NCBI RefSeq assembly: GCF_009914755.1
Contig: NC_060944.1
From: the human T2T-CHM13v2.0 reference genome, Homo sapiens
DNA: 64,000 nucleotides
Reading direction: 5' to 3' (one strand)
Positions 13,792-27,621 of the stretch are shown here, piece by piece; within the stretch, counting starts at the first letter, position 1; every line of letters begins with the position of its first letter. The position numbers and the translations under genes are program-made. A model generated the notes under the pieces. It searched no databases. It was not told where the DNA came from and was given only the letters and a program-made list of their open reading frames with translations.

Positions 13792-15516
13792 TCTGATGAC
13801 CAATGATATTGAGCACCTTTTCATATACCTGTTTACCATTTGTATGTCTTCTTTTGAGAAATGTCTATTCAGACCTTTTGCCCACTTTTTAATCAGATTA
13901 TTAGATTTTTTCCTATAGAACTGTTTGAGTTCCTTACATATTCTGGTCATTAATCCCTTGTCAAATGGACATTTTGCAAATATTTTCTCTCATTCTGTGG
14001 GTTGTCTCTTCACTTTGTTGATTGTTTGCTTTGCTGCTCAAAATCATTTCAACTTAATGTGATCCCATGTGTCCATTTTTACATTGGTTGCCTGTGCTTT
14101 GGGCGTATTACTCAAAAAATCTTTGCTCAGATCAATGTCTTAGAGAATTTTCCAAATGTTTTCTTTTAGAAGTTTTATAGCTCGAGGTCTTAGATTTATG
14201 TATTTTATCCATTTCAATTTGAATTTTTTGTATAGTGAGAGATAGGAGTATGGTTTCATCCTTCTGCATATGCGTGTCTAGTTTTCCCAGCACCATTTAT
14301 TGAAGAGACTATTCTTTCCCCATTGTATGTTCTTGACACCTTTATTGAAAATAAGTTTACTCTAGATGTATGGATTTTTTAGTAGGTTCACCATTCTGTT
14401 CCATTGGTCTATGTGTCTATTTTTATGCCAGTACCATGCTGTTTTGGTTACTATAGCTCTGCAGCATAATTTGAAGTCAGATAATGTGATTCCTCCTGTT
14501 TTGTTCTTTTTGCTCAGGATAGCTTTGGCTATTCAAGGTCTTCTATGGTTCAATATAAATTTTAGGATTTTTTTTCTTTTTCTGTGAAGAATGTCACTGA
14601 TATTTTGATGTAGGTTATATTGAATCTCCAGATTTCTTTGGGTAGTATGAACATTTTAACAATTTTGATTCTTCTAATCTATGAAGATAGAATATCTTTC
14701 CATTTTCTGTGTGTTCTCTTTAATTTCTTTTATCAAGGTTTTATAGTTTTTATTATAGAGATCTTTCACTTCTTTGGTTAGGTTTATTTCTTATTTTTAT
14801 TATTTGTAGCTATTGTAAGTGGGATTCATTTTCTGATTTCTTTTTTGAATTGTTGTTGGCATATAGAAATACTACTGATTTTTGTATGTTGATTTTGTAT
14901 CCTGCAACTTTACTGAATTTGTTTTCAGTTCCCATTGTTTTTGATGGAATCTTTAGATTTTTCCAAATATAAAATTATATTATATGCAAACAAGAATAAT
15001 TTGATGTCTTCCTTTCCAATTTTAATACTTGTTATCTCTTTTCTTACATTATTGCTCTAGCTTGAAATTACAGTACTATGCTGAATAACGGTGGTGACAG
15101 TGAGTATCCTTCTGTTGTTCCGTGTCTTAGAGCAAAGACTTTCAGTTTTTCCCACTTCAGTATGATATTAGCAGTGGATCAGTCATTTATGGCTCTAATT
15201 GTCCTGAGATATGTTCCTTCTATACCCAGTTTTCCAAGGGTTTTAATCATGAAGTGGTGTTGAATTTTATTAAGTGATTCAAGGGATGTTGAATTTTTTC
15301 AGCATCAATTGAAATGATAATATGGTTTTGGTCCTTCACTCTGTTTATATAATGTATCTCACTGATTGACTGGCATATGTTTAACTATCCTTGGATCCCT
15401 GAGATACATCCCAGTTGGTCATGATGACTAATCTTTTTAATGTCTTCTTGTAGTTGGTTTGCAAATATTTTGGTGAGAATTTTCACTTCAGTGTTTGTCA
15501 GTGATATTGGCCTATG

Positions 15517-15563
<47 letters not shown>

Positions 15564-15575
15564 ATCTATCTATCT
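15517..15575. repeat. Tetranucleotide STR (ATCT)11 ATC (ATCT)3
   Basis: Seen directly, inside L1MA ORF2. Confidence 0.98.
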
Positions 15576-18155
15576 TTATCTGGTTTTGGTAGCAGGATAA
15601 TATTGGCTTTGTAGAATGGGTCTGGAAGTATTCCCTTCTCCTATATTTTATGGGATAATGTAAGTAGAATCGGTATTAGTTCTTCTTTAAATGTTTGGTA
15701 AAATTTTAACAGTGAAGCCATTGGGTCCCAGGCTTTTCTTTGCTGGGAGACTTTTTCTTATGGCTTCAATCTTATTACTTGTTATTGGTCTGTTCAGACT
15801 TTGGATTTGTTCATGGTTCAATCTTGGTAGGTTTTATTTGTCTAGGAATTTATCCATTTCTTCTAAGTCTTCCAGTTTATTGGCATATAATTACTCAGTA
15901 ATTTCTAATGTTCATTTGAATTTCTGCAGTGTTGTTTCTAACATCTCCTTTTTCATCTCTCATTTTATTTGGGTTTTCTCTTTGTTTTTAGTTGCTCTAG
16001 CTAAAATTTTGTCAATTTTGTTTATTTTTTTCAAAAACCAACTTTATGTTTTATTGATATTTTTATTGTTTTATTGATTTTTTATTGTTTTCTTCATTTT
16101 AATTTTATTTATTTTCCCCTCATCTTCATTATTTCTTTTCCTCTACTAATTATAAGTTTGGTTTGCTTTTGCTTTTCTAATTATTTAAGATGCATTTTAG
16201 GTTGTTTATTTGAAGTTTTTCTACTTTTTTGATGTGGGTGTTTACAGCTGAGAGCTTTCCTCTTTGTACTGTTTTTGTTGTATCCCATAGGCTTTGGTAT
16301 GTTGTATTTCCAATAACATTTGTTTCAAAAACTTTTTCAATTTTCTTCTTAATTTCTTTATTGGCCCAATGGCCATTCAGGAGTATATTGTTTAATTTCC
16401 ATATGTTTGTATACTTTCCAAAATTCCTCTTGTTATTGATTTCTAGTTGTATTCCACTGTGGTCAGAGAAGATGAATATATATATTCAGCCTCTCTATGT
16501 CTTTTGATTGGAGAGTTTAGTTCATTTGCATTCAATGTTATTATTAATAAGATCTTACTCCTGCCATTTTGTTGTTTTCTGGTTGTATTGTGATCTTTTC
16601 TTCCTTCTTTAATTCCTTCCTTTCTTCCTCATATGAAGGTTATTTTCTCTGTTGGTACATTTTCACTTTTAGTTTTCATTCTCTGTGTATCATTCTTTTT
16701 CTATTTGATATTACCATGAAACTTGTAAATAACATCTTATAACTCATTACTTTAAACTGAAGACAACTACACTGATTTTGCAAAAACAAACAGAAAACTA
16801 ACAAAAACTCTTCACATTAACTTCATCCCCTTATATTTTTAACATTTTGTTGTTTCTATTTCTATCTTATTGTATTGTGTATATCTTTAAAAGTTTTTGT
16901 TTTTATTTTTTTGTGTTTGATCCATCTTTCAGTCTTTCTACTCAAGGTATGAATAATTTACACATCACAATTACAGTGTTATAATATTCTGTGTTTTTCT
17001 GTATACTTACTATTACCAGTGAGTTATATACCATAGCTTTAGGTGATTTCTTGTTGCTCATTAATGTCCTTTTCTTTCTGATTAAAGAGCGCACTTTAAC
17101 ATTTCCTATAGCACAGATCTGATGTTGATAAAATCCCTCAGCTTTTGTTTGTCTGGGAAAGTCTTTTTTTTTTTTCATATTTGTAGGATACTTTCACAGG
17201 ACATACTATTCTAGAATAAAATATTTTTTTTCTTCAGCACTTTAAATATGTCATGCCACTCTCTCCTGGTCTGTGAGGTTTCCACTGAGAGCTCTACTAC
17301 CAAATGTATTAGAGCACCTTTGTATATTATTTCTTTTCTCTTGCTTCTTTTAGGGTGCTTGCTTTATCTTTTACCTTTGGGAGCTTGATTACTAAATGTC
17401 TTGAAGTAGTCTTTTGGTTAAGTCTGCTTGGTGTTCTATAACCTTCCTGTGCTTGAACATTAATGTCTTTCTCTGGGTTTGGAAAGTTCTCTGTTATTAT
17501 CCCTTTGAATGAACTTTCTAACTCAATCTCTCTTTTTCTCTACTTCCTCTTTAAGGCCAATAATTTAAACTTGCCCTTTTGAGGCTATTTTCCAGATATT
17601 GTATGTGTGCTTTATTCTTTTTTTTTTTTTTTGTCTGCTCTGTGTATTTTCAAATAGCCTGTATTCAAGCGCACTGATTATTTCTTCTGCTTGCAGTTCT
17701 GTTGAGGGACTCTGATGTATTCTTCAGTTTATCCTTTGAAACTTTTGGTTTCAGAACTTCTTGATTTTTAAAAATTATTTCAATTCCTTTCTTAAATTAA
17801 TCTAATACAATTATGAATTCCTTCTCTGTGCTATTTTGAATTTCATTGAGCTTCCTCAAAACAACTATGTTGAATTCTCTGTCTGAAAGGTCATGTATCT
17901 CTGTCACTCTGGGATCAGTGCCTTATTTAGTTTGTTTTGTGAGACCATGCTTTCCTGAATGGTCTTGATGCTTGTGGATGTTTCTCAATGTCTGGGCATT
18001 GAATAGTTACGTGTTTATTCTTATCTTCATAGTGTGGGCTTGTTTGTATCTATCCTTCTTGGGAAGGCTTTCCAAGTATTTAAAGGGAATTGAGTGTTGT
18101 AATCCAAATCTTTGGTCACTGTAGCAACAACTGCATTAGGGAGTATCCTCTGTGA

Positions 18156-18547
<392 letters not shown>

Positions 18548-18689
18548 TACCAGGCAGAGATTCTTGTTCTGTTCCCTTACTTTCTTCCCAAAAAATGGAA
18601 TATCTCTTTCCACGGTAAGCTGCCTGGAGCTGGGAGAGGGGTGACACAAACACCCTTGTGGCCACCACCACTGGGAATGTACTGGGCCA

Positions 18690-19660
18690 GACCTGAGGCC
18701 AGCACAGCACTGGGTCTTGCCCAAGGCCCATAATAACCACTGCCTAGATACTGCCAATGTTCATTCAAGGCCCAAGGGCTCTTCAGTCAGTAGGTGGTGA
18801 ATGCACCAGGCTTGTGTCCTTCTCTTCAGGGCAGCAACTTTCTCTACCCCTAGCCCAGGCAGGTCCAAAAATGTCATTTGATTTCCAAGCCCTGGAGTTG
18901 GGAATGCGAAGTATCTACCTGTTGCTCTATTCTACTGCAACTGAGCTGGCACCCAAGTTGCAAGACAAAGTCCTTCTCATTCTTCTCTCTGTTTTCCTCA
19001 AAAAGGACTCTCTACCTCTGATCACCACTGCCCCAGGCCTATGGTGAGTATTGCCTGGCTACTGCCAATGTTCACTCAAGGCCCAAAGGTTCTTCAGTCA
19101 GCTTATAATTAATGCTGCCAGGCGTGAGCCTCTTCCTTCAGGGTAGTGGGCTCCCCAGGGCAAGTGATGAAATGCTGTTTATGAGCCAAGGCTTTCAATT
19201 GGAGACCCCAGGAGCCTGCTTGCTGATCTACCCCACTGTGGTTTGAGCTGGTACCCAAGCTGCAGGACAAAGTCCCCTCTGCTCTTCCTTCTCCTTTCCT
19301 CAAGCAGAAGCAATCTTTCCCCATGGCCATTACATCTGGGAATGTGCTGGGTTGAGGCTAGTACATCTCTTGAGTCTCACCCAGGGCCCTCAGCAAGCAC
19401 TACCTGGCTACAGCTGATGTTTATTTAAAACTCCAGAGCTCTCCAGTTGACAGCTGTTAAATCCTGCCAGGACTCATTGCTCCATTTCAAAGTAGAAGGC
19501 TTCCTTCTGGCCCAGGTTGTATCTAGAAATGTCATCTAAGACCTAGGGCCTAGAATAGGGGCCTTGGATTCTGCCTGGCTTATTCTACTGTGGCTGAGCT
19601 GTTATCCAAGTTGCAAGACAAATTTCTCTTTACTCTTTTCTCTCTTCACCCCACACAGAG
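18690..19660 (-). repeat. Three diverged ~300-350 bp tandem units within the L1MA 5'UTR
   Basis: GAGCTGGYACCCAAGYTGCARGACAAAGTCC-like motif at 18943, 19245 and 19596. Confidence 0.85.
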
Positions 19661-21572
19661 GGAAATATTCTCTCTTAGAACCATATGCCACACTGCCAGG
19701 GGTTGGGGAGGGTAACACGAGCACTCCCATGGCCAACCCAGCTATTGTCTCACTAGGGCATGAGCACCCCAAGTCCACTGGCTGCAAGCCCAGCACAGCC
19801 AGCCCTGGGAATTGCCCAGGATTTGCAGTCTTTGAGGCCTATATTTCCTTTCAAGTTTATTTAGAACCCCAGAGTGCTTTAGCCCATGGTGATGGGGCTA
19901 GGAGGAACTCAACATTCTGACCACTGGGCTGGACAATTCTCCTCTGTCTAAGGTTGGTCAAAATGATCCCTCTGTGGATGTAGGCTGAATTTTGCTGTTT
20001 GCTGATTTCCACCGAGTCAGAACAGCTCTGAGTTCCAATGGAAAGTCTTACAAATCTTTGCTCTCCCTTCCCCAAGCACACAGGTTCTATCTCTGTGCCA
20101 CATAGCCACTGCTGAGAGATGGGGGAAGGTGATCTAAAACTGTGTTTCTTACCATATTCAGTACCTCATTTCATGATATGATGTTAAAACCAGGTATTGT
20201 GATCACTCATCTGATTTTTAGTTCTTATGAAGGCACTTACTTGTGTGGATAATTGGTCAATTTGGTGTTCTTAGCAGGGAGGAGGATGATTGCTGGAGGA
20301 TTGTATTTGGCCATCTTGCTCCACCTTCTCCTCTCAATTCTCCAGACACAGCAATCTTAAAGGTATATGCACATAGACAATGAACTTGTAAAATATATAA
20401 AACATAAAAAGATATAACTGAAATGAAAAATGAGACAAATTTACAATTATAGATGGAGACATCAGTACCCTTACCTGAATAATTAATAAAACAACTAGAC
20501 AGAAAATCTGCAAGGATGTAGAATAACTCAACCATACCACCAAGCAACAGGATCTAATTGACGTTTATAGAACACCTAACCCCAAAACTGAAGAATACAC
20601 ATTCTTTTAAAGTGCTACCTAACATATCCTAGGATACCTAACGTATTCCTATCTCAAGATGCCTTATGTTTGTGAACATAAAACAAGTCTCAACAAAGTT
20701 AATAGCACTGAAACTATATAGAGTGAATTTATTGACCACAATGAAGTCAAACTAGAAATCAATAACAAATACATACCAGAAAATTCATCAAATACTTGGA
20801 AACTAAAGAACACACTGCTAAAAAAAAAATTCTATGGATCACTATAGATCCAATAAGCGGACCCTGATGACATTAAAAAATAGTAAGGGGATATTGCGAT
20901 GTATTCCACACATAAATATAACTTAGATAAAATAAACCAGTTTCTTAAAAATACAAATTATTAATATTACATCTTACTCAATATGAGATAGATGATTTGA
21001 ATAGCTGTGTAACTATTAAGAAATTGAATTCATAATTTAAATGTTTTAAAAAATACGTCTTTAGGTCCAGTTCAATTTGCTGGAGAATTTTACAAAATGT
21101 TATGAGAAGAATTAACACCAATTCTGCACTACCACTTTGAGAATACATAAGAGGTGAGAATAATTTCCCAGATATTTTATTAAGTTTATATTACCCTGAA
21201 AACATAAATAGACTTACATAAAAGACAATACAGAAAATAAAACTACAGACCCATACCCTTCATTAATATAAATGCAAAAAGCCTTAACAAAATATTTGCA
21301 AACATAATCCAGCAATATATAAAAATAATTATGCACCATGACCAACTAAGGCTTATTTCAGGGTTGCAAAGCTGGTTCAATTTTCAGAAATTAATTAATG
21401 TAACTCAGTATACTGGCAGACTAAAGAAGAAAACCCTTGTGATCCTATCAACTGAGGCAGAAAAGGCATTTGGCAAAATTCAAAAGTTGCTTACGACAAA
21501 CTATCTCCCAAAAATAGGAATAAAGGGGAATATCATCAGCTTGATAGAAACCTTTAAAAACCTTACAGTTAT

Positions 21573-21849
21573 GGCCAGGCGCGGTGGTTCACACCTGTAA
21601 TCTCAGCACTTTGGGAAGCCGAGGCAGGTGCATCATGAGGTCAGGAGATCAAGACCATCCTGGCCAACATAGTGAAACCCCATTTCTACTAAAAATACAA
21701 AAATTAGCTGATGTGGTCGTGCGTGCCTGTAATCCCAGCTACTCAGGAGGCTGAGGCAGGAGAATTGCTTGAACTAGGAACTCGGAGGTTGCAGTGAGCA
21801 GAGGTCACGCCACTATACTCCAGCCTGGCAACAGAGTGACACTCTTTCT

Positions 21850-21880
<31 letters not shown>
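21573..21880 (+). mobile_element. AluSc-like
   Basis: GAGATCAAGACCATCCTGGCCAAC and CCTGG-CAAC diagnostic pattern; A30 tail; degenerate TSD TTACAGTTAT/TTACAGCTAT. Confidence 0.96.
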
Positions 21881-21881
<1 letters not shown>

Positions 21882-22185
21882 AAATTACAGCTATAATAAA
21901 GAAAAACTTAATGATTACATTAATGATGAAAAACTTAATGTTTTCTCTAAGACTAGGAAGAAGACAATGATATTAGCTTTAACCCTGCTAATTCAACACA
22001 GTGCTGTAAGCTCTAGCTAATCAAAAAGGCAAGAATAAGAAATAAAAAGCAGATATATGAGAAAGCAATAAGTAATTAGCATTCTGTATTTTCAGATAAA
22101 ATAATTGTTTAAGTGGAAAATCACAAGGTGTCTACAAAAATGGGGAAAAAAAGGGAAACTTCCTATAATATGTCAGTGAGTTTAG

Positions 22186-22546
<361 letters not shown>

Positions 22547-22742
22547 TTGTGTTTCTTTATATATGTAATGTGCACTTGTACACTGAAATTTGAAATACAA
22601 TGTCATTTATAATTGCTCAAAAATCAAATACTTAAGGTGGAAATCTAGTGAAACGTGTGTAGGAGTTGTATGCTGAAAAATGCAATTCAAGATTAAGATG
22701 GAGAGACAAACTTCATGCCCATATTAGAAGATTCAACATAGT

Positions 22743-23105
22743 TGACATGGTTTGTCTCTGTCCCCACCTAGATCTCATCTTGAATTGTAGCTCCCATAAT
22801 TTCTACTTGCTGTGGGAGGGACCGGGTGGGAGAAAATTGAATCATGGGGGTGGTTTCCCCCATACTGTTCCCATAGTAGTGAATAAGTCTCATGAGATAT
22901 GATGGTGCTATAAGATGAAACCCCTTTTGTTTGGCTCTCATTTCTTCTCTTGTCTGCCGCCATGTGAGATGTGCTTTTCACTTTCCACCGTGATTTTGAG
23001 TCCTCCCTATCCACGTGCAACTGTGAGTCCATTAAACCTCTTTCTTTTGTAAATTGCCCAGTCTTGGCTATGTCTTTATCAGCAATGTGAAAACAGATGA
23101 ATACA
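22743..23105 (+). mobile_element. THE1B-like solo LTR (MaLR)
   Basis: TGACATGGTTTG...CTCATCTTGAATTGTAGCTCCCATAATT...GAATAAGTCTC...AATACA; perfect TSD ATAGT (22738-22742 / 23106-23110). Confidence 0.95.
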
Positions 23106-23376
23106 ATAGTAAAGATGTCAGTATCATCCATATTCATATACAGATTTAATGCAATTTCTACCAAAATCCCTGCAAGAATTTTTTGTAGATTTAGACAATA
23201 TTGAATAATCTTGAAAACAAAAAATAAGGTGAGATGAATTAGTCTACTCAATTTTAAGAATTACATAGAGTAATCAAGACTGTATGATATTGGCAGAGAA
23301 TGGACACACAGATCAATGAAATGGAATAGAGTCTAGTCATGGACCCACATACATATGTGAAACAATTTTGGACAAA

Positions 23377-23801
23377 AGACTGGATTAAGAAAATGTGGCA
23401 CATATACACCATGGAATACTATGCAGCCATAAAAAATGATGAGTTCATGTCCTTTGTAGGGACATGGATGAAATTGGAAATCATCATTCTCAGTAAACTA
23501 TCGCAAGAACAAAAACCAAACACCGCATATTCTCACTCATAGGTGGGAATTGAACAGTGAGATCACATGGACACAGGAAGGGGAATATCACACTCTGGGG
23601 ACTGTGGTGGGGTGGGGGGAGGGGGGAGGGATAGCATTGGGAGATATACCTAATGCTAGATGACGAGTTAGTGGGTGCAGTGCACCAGCATGGCACATGT
23701 ATACATATGTAACCTGCACAATGTGCACATGTACCCTAAAACTTAAAGTATAATAAAAAAACAAACAAAAAAAACAAACAAACAAAACAAAACAAAACAA
23801 A
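23377..23801 (+). mobile_element. 5'-truncated young L1, L1PA2-like 3' end with (AAAC/AAAAC)n tail
   Basis: ORF2 C-terminus DWIKKMWHIYTMEYYAAIKNDEFMSFVGTWMKLE; GAG rather than ACA/ACG at the Ta-diagnostic site (GATGACGAGTTAG); CTTAAAGTAT; TSD ACAAAAG (23372-23378 / 23802-23808). Confidence 0.93.
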
Positions 23802-25429
23802 ACAAAAGTTCAAAACCAATTCAATGGAAGAAGGAGAGCCTTTTCAATATATGATGCTGAGCTAATTGGATATCAACAAGTGAAAAATGAGCTCAGACTT
23901 AAGTCACATACTTTACAAAAATTAAAATCACAGGCTTAAATGTACAACCTGAAACTATACAGTTTGTAGAAAAATAGAACATTTTCAACATCTAGAGTTT
24001 TCAACATCTAGAGTTAGGCAAAAAGGCTATATAGACTTGATACTAAAAGCAGTTTATGAAAGGAAAAAATTGATAATAGGACCTCAACAAAATTAAATAC
24101 TCTTGTTCTGCAAAATTCTATCCTAAGAGAATGGAAAGACAAGCTAAAGACCACGATAAAATATCTGCAAGTCACATCTGACAAATGATGGGGATGTTCA
24201 AAACTGAATGTTCAAAACTTAGCATTAAAAAAAATCTTAGAAAATGGACCAAAAACCACAGTGATGCATTTTACCAGAGAATATACAAATGAGAAATAAA
24301 CACATAAAATTTGCTTTTATTAAGAAAATAGAAATTAAAAACACAATGTGATAAATTATACACAGTGATTAATTATTATTTTACAGTGATGAAACCCAAT
24401 ACTGGCAAAGATGCAGAGAAACTAGATCACTCATATATTGCTAGTGGAATTTCTTAAATAACAGAATATGAAACCACCATATGAGCAGTAATTGCATGTC
24501 TGAACAGTTATCCCAGAGAAAATAAAACATGATCAGATCAGAACCTGTACATAATGCTTATAGTAGCTTTATTCATGATAGTCCCCAATAAAAGATAACC
24601 CAGATGTTCTTCAACAGGTGAATGGTTGAACAAACTGGTGGATCCCTTATATATTACTCATCAATAAATAGAAATGGGCTTCTGATACACGCAACCACCT
24701 GCATGAATCTCTAGAGAAATATGTGGAGTGAAAAATGACAGTTCTAAAAGCCTATATACTGTATGATTCCATTTGCATGGCATTCTAGAAAGTACATAAT
24801 TATATAAATAGATAGCAGATTAGTGGTTGCCACGAGTTATGAAGGGTTATATTTGTGGGAGGAAAGTGGATGTGGTTATAAAACAGCCGTATTGTGGTGA
24901 TAGAATTGTTCCGTATCTTGACTGTATCAATGTCAATATTCTGGTTATGATAATGATGACCTACAGATCTGCAATATGTTACCAAAGGGGAAACTGGGTA
25001 AATGTTACAGGGGAAATATCCCTATTATTCTTCACAACTCTGCAAATCTATACTTACGAGAAATAAAAAAGTTTGATTAGACCACTATACTATCTTGAAT
25101 CTTAACACATTGTGCAAATAAATTAATTCAAACCAACTGATATTTATTGACTTTATTAGCTATATTGTTAGTTGCTGCCAGGGGCCTAATGATATATGTG
25201 AGGATCTGACTGCTACAAAATTATTTGTCTACCATACAAAGCATGGAAGACCCATTGCCTTGAGTCAATAACAAGCTGAAAAACTTGTCCTTAGTCCCAA
25301 TTGTAGCATTTACCTCACTAGCAGAAGAATTAACATGGGCATGTACTTTTAAGATTTTTGGGTGCTTCCAGATTACTCTTGATCACATGGAAGTGACCTT
25401 TTCCAACTTTCCCCAAGCTGGACTAATTA

Positions 25430-25705
25430 CAGCCATTTGTCGCTTAATGATGGGGATACATTCTAAGAAATGTGTCATGTTGTTAGGCAATTTTATCCTT
25501 GTTTGAATCTCATAGTGTGTATTTACAGAAAGAAACCTAGATTAATGGCCTACTGCACACCTAGGCTATATGGTATATGGCCTATTGCTCCTAGGATACA
25601 AACCTGTACAGCATGTTACTGTATTGAATACTGTAGGCAATTGTTACACAATGGTATTTGTGTGTCTAGACATTAAAAAGGTATAGTAAAAGCAATATTA
25701 TAATC
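25430..25705. mobile_element. Tigger3/MER7-type DNA transposon fossil, one end missing
   Basis: TA|CAGCCATTTGTCGCTTAATGATGGGGATACATTCTAAGAAATG terminus; CCTAGGCTATATGGTATATGGCCTATTGCTCCTAGG. Confidence 0.88.
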
Positions 25706-25814
25706 ATATATATGTACATATATATGCATGTGTGTATGTATTTTCTAGTTGATTTATTCCTTATATGTAAACTTTAGCTTCTTTTTGTTAAGAAATAGTC
25801 TTAAGTGATAAATA

Positions 25815-26030
25815 GCAGAGACCCATCTGGGGTCAGAGTGACTGGTTGAGATCCTGATTAAGCTACTCACTAGTCATGTGACATTGGACAGGTCACTTAA
25901 CCTCCCTTTTTCTTTCCACATCTGATAAATGAGAATAAAAATAAGCACTATCTCTGAGGATTGATAGAAGAATCAAATGAAGTAGTATTATAAAGCACAC
26001 AGAACACTGTTCTAAACAGGTGTTAAATAA
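25815..26030 (+). mobile_element. MIR SINE
   Basis: TCTGGGGTCAGAG...GTGACATTGGACAGGTCACTTAACCTC core. Confidence 0.8.
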
Positions 26031-26847
26031 ATTCACAATTTGGCCTTGGATAATTTCTTCTGACTCTGTGAAATGAAAGTCAGTGAAATAAATACACTCT
26101 CACTTTTTCATAACTTCTAGTCCAACAAATATACTTACAGATTTATATGCTTAGCTGCAAAATGATCATAAACAATTTGAGTACTTTTATAAGGGAAAAA
26201 TGAGGTTAAAATAATAACTCCTGTAAAACACATGATGTGAATGCTTCAATGTGTCAAAATGCTGTTTTTCATTTAAACATTTAGATAATTTTTTTCTAAT
26301 TTCCATCCACATGTGTCAGAATGAAACCTCACAGGCTATATTTTACTAAAATTATTTTGTAGGTGTCAAGAATGTGGACGCTTGAATTCAATCTATCTAC
26401 TGAAGATTATCTGTTTGCCAGCAGCCCCACCTTGCACCACTTTTAGAATCAGTGAACTCTCTGGGGGATATTTTTTTAAAAATTAACTGATGTATTTAAT
26501 TAGAGAAACAGAATAAAGATATTTTTCAAAAATAATGCATACAATTACTCAAAATTCTAGACATGACATTTGTGCTGTTGATTTGCTGAACAGCACAGTT
26601 GATAATCAGAAAATTTGGACCCCCTCGCTGTCGACTTAGAACAATGTCGTTTCTTAGGGTGACAGCAGAATGGATGCTTAAAGATAATAAATTCATTCAT
26701 CTTACCTTCCTCACATTTCAAGTGAATAATGAAATGTGAGTAAGTGACTCAAAAAGATAAACTTAAACTCACCACCAGATGTCTCCACTTTGTAAGGCAA
26801 TTAACCAAACAAAAAAGAGGTGATTCAAAGGGAGGGTTGATTTAAGG

Positions 26848-27000
26848 CAGTGTTCTTGTGTGCAGTGATTTGTTCCCCCTGGCATATCGGGTACTACCGT
26901 CTTTCAGTGGGTAGAAGCCAGTGTTGCCTGTAAATATTCTACAATGAACAGAACAGCCCTCCGTAACAAAGAACCATCTAACCCAGAACATCAAAACATT
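26848..27000. mobile_element. MER20-like hAT fossil
   Basis: CAGTGGGTAGAAGCCAG...TAAATATTCTACAATGAACAGAACAGCCC...AAAGAACCATCTAACCCAGAA. Confidence 0.7.
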
Positions 27001-27539
27001 TTTTATGTGAGATTATAAAAGATTATAAGAAAAAACAGGTATGAAACTAAACCCTGTTTTCTCCCAGCACCCTCTAGATATCTCTATTATATGCCCAATA
27101 ACATAACATTCTTTATTAATGTAATATCATTTCCGTTTTACTTGAGTGTCATCCTCACCAGGTGATGATGTCTTATTGAGAACCTGACCAAGGTCATTTC
27201 TATCTCTGTATGCCTACTGCTTCCTAGAGTGTGTGGCATGTGGTACACACTCCATAGCTTGTCAAATGAATGATTTCATGAATTAATCATAATAAGGTAT
27301 AGACTATAAGTGGAGCAAGAATAAACTCTACATTGAAGAAAGATGTGTTTCAGAATCTGTCAATCCCAAGTGTAATGGAAGCTGGTGGCATTAGCAAGCA
27401 GCCAGGGCCTAGTGGTAACAGGTGGTGTAGGTTGTTAGAAGGAAAACGGAGACGTTAGCAAAATTTTGAAGGAGGATGCCAGGCAAGAACATTATACACA
27501 ATTGAGTTGTTCGGAATTCCTTCTTGAAAAAACTAAAAC

Positions 27540-27621
27540 TTTTATTTAGATTAAAATATAAAATTGCTGGATGGTACTTGGCAATACCATCCAGCCATTT
27601 CATATTTTAATCTAAATAAAA
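27540..27621. other. Near-perfect inverted repeat, 37-bp arms and 8-nt loop
   Basis: TTTTATTTAGATTAAAATATAAAATTGCTGGATGGTA-cttggcaa-TACCATCCAGCCATTTCATATTTTAATCTAAATAAAA; 35/37 complementary. Confidence 0.97.

Noticed and set aside
14366-16507. Hydrophobic, Phe/Leu-rich ORFs resembling membrane proteins
   Set aside because: Antisense reading of A-rich L1 ORF2
23339-23542. ORF matching the L1 ORF2p C-terminus
   Set aside because: Only the last ~50 codons of a 5'-truncated L1, with no promoter; non-functional
26345-26460. Acceptor-like TACTAAAATTATTTTGTAG|G (similar site at about 57799)
   Set aside because: No matching strong donor or sustained frame; such pseudo-acceptors are abundant in AT-rich DNA
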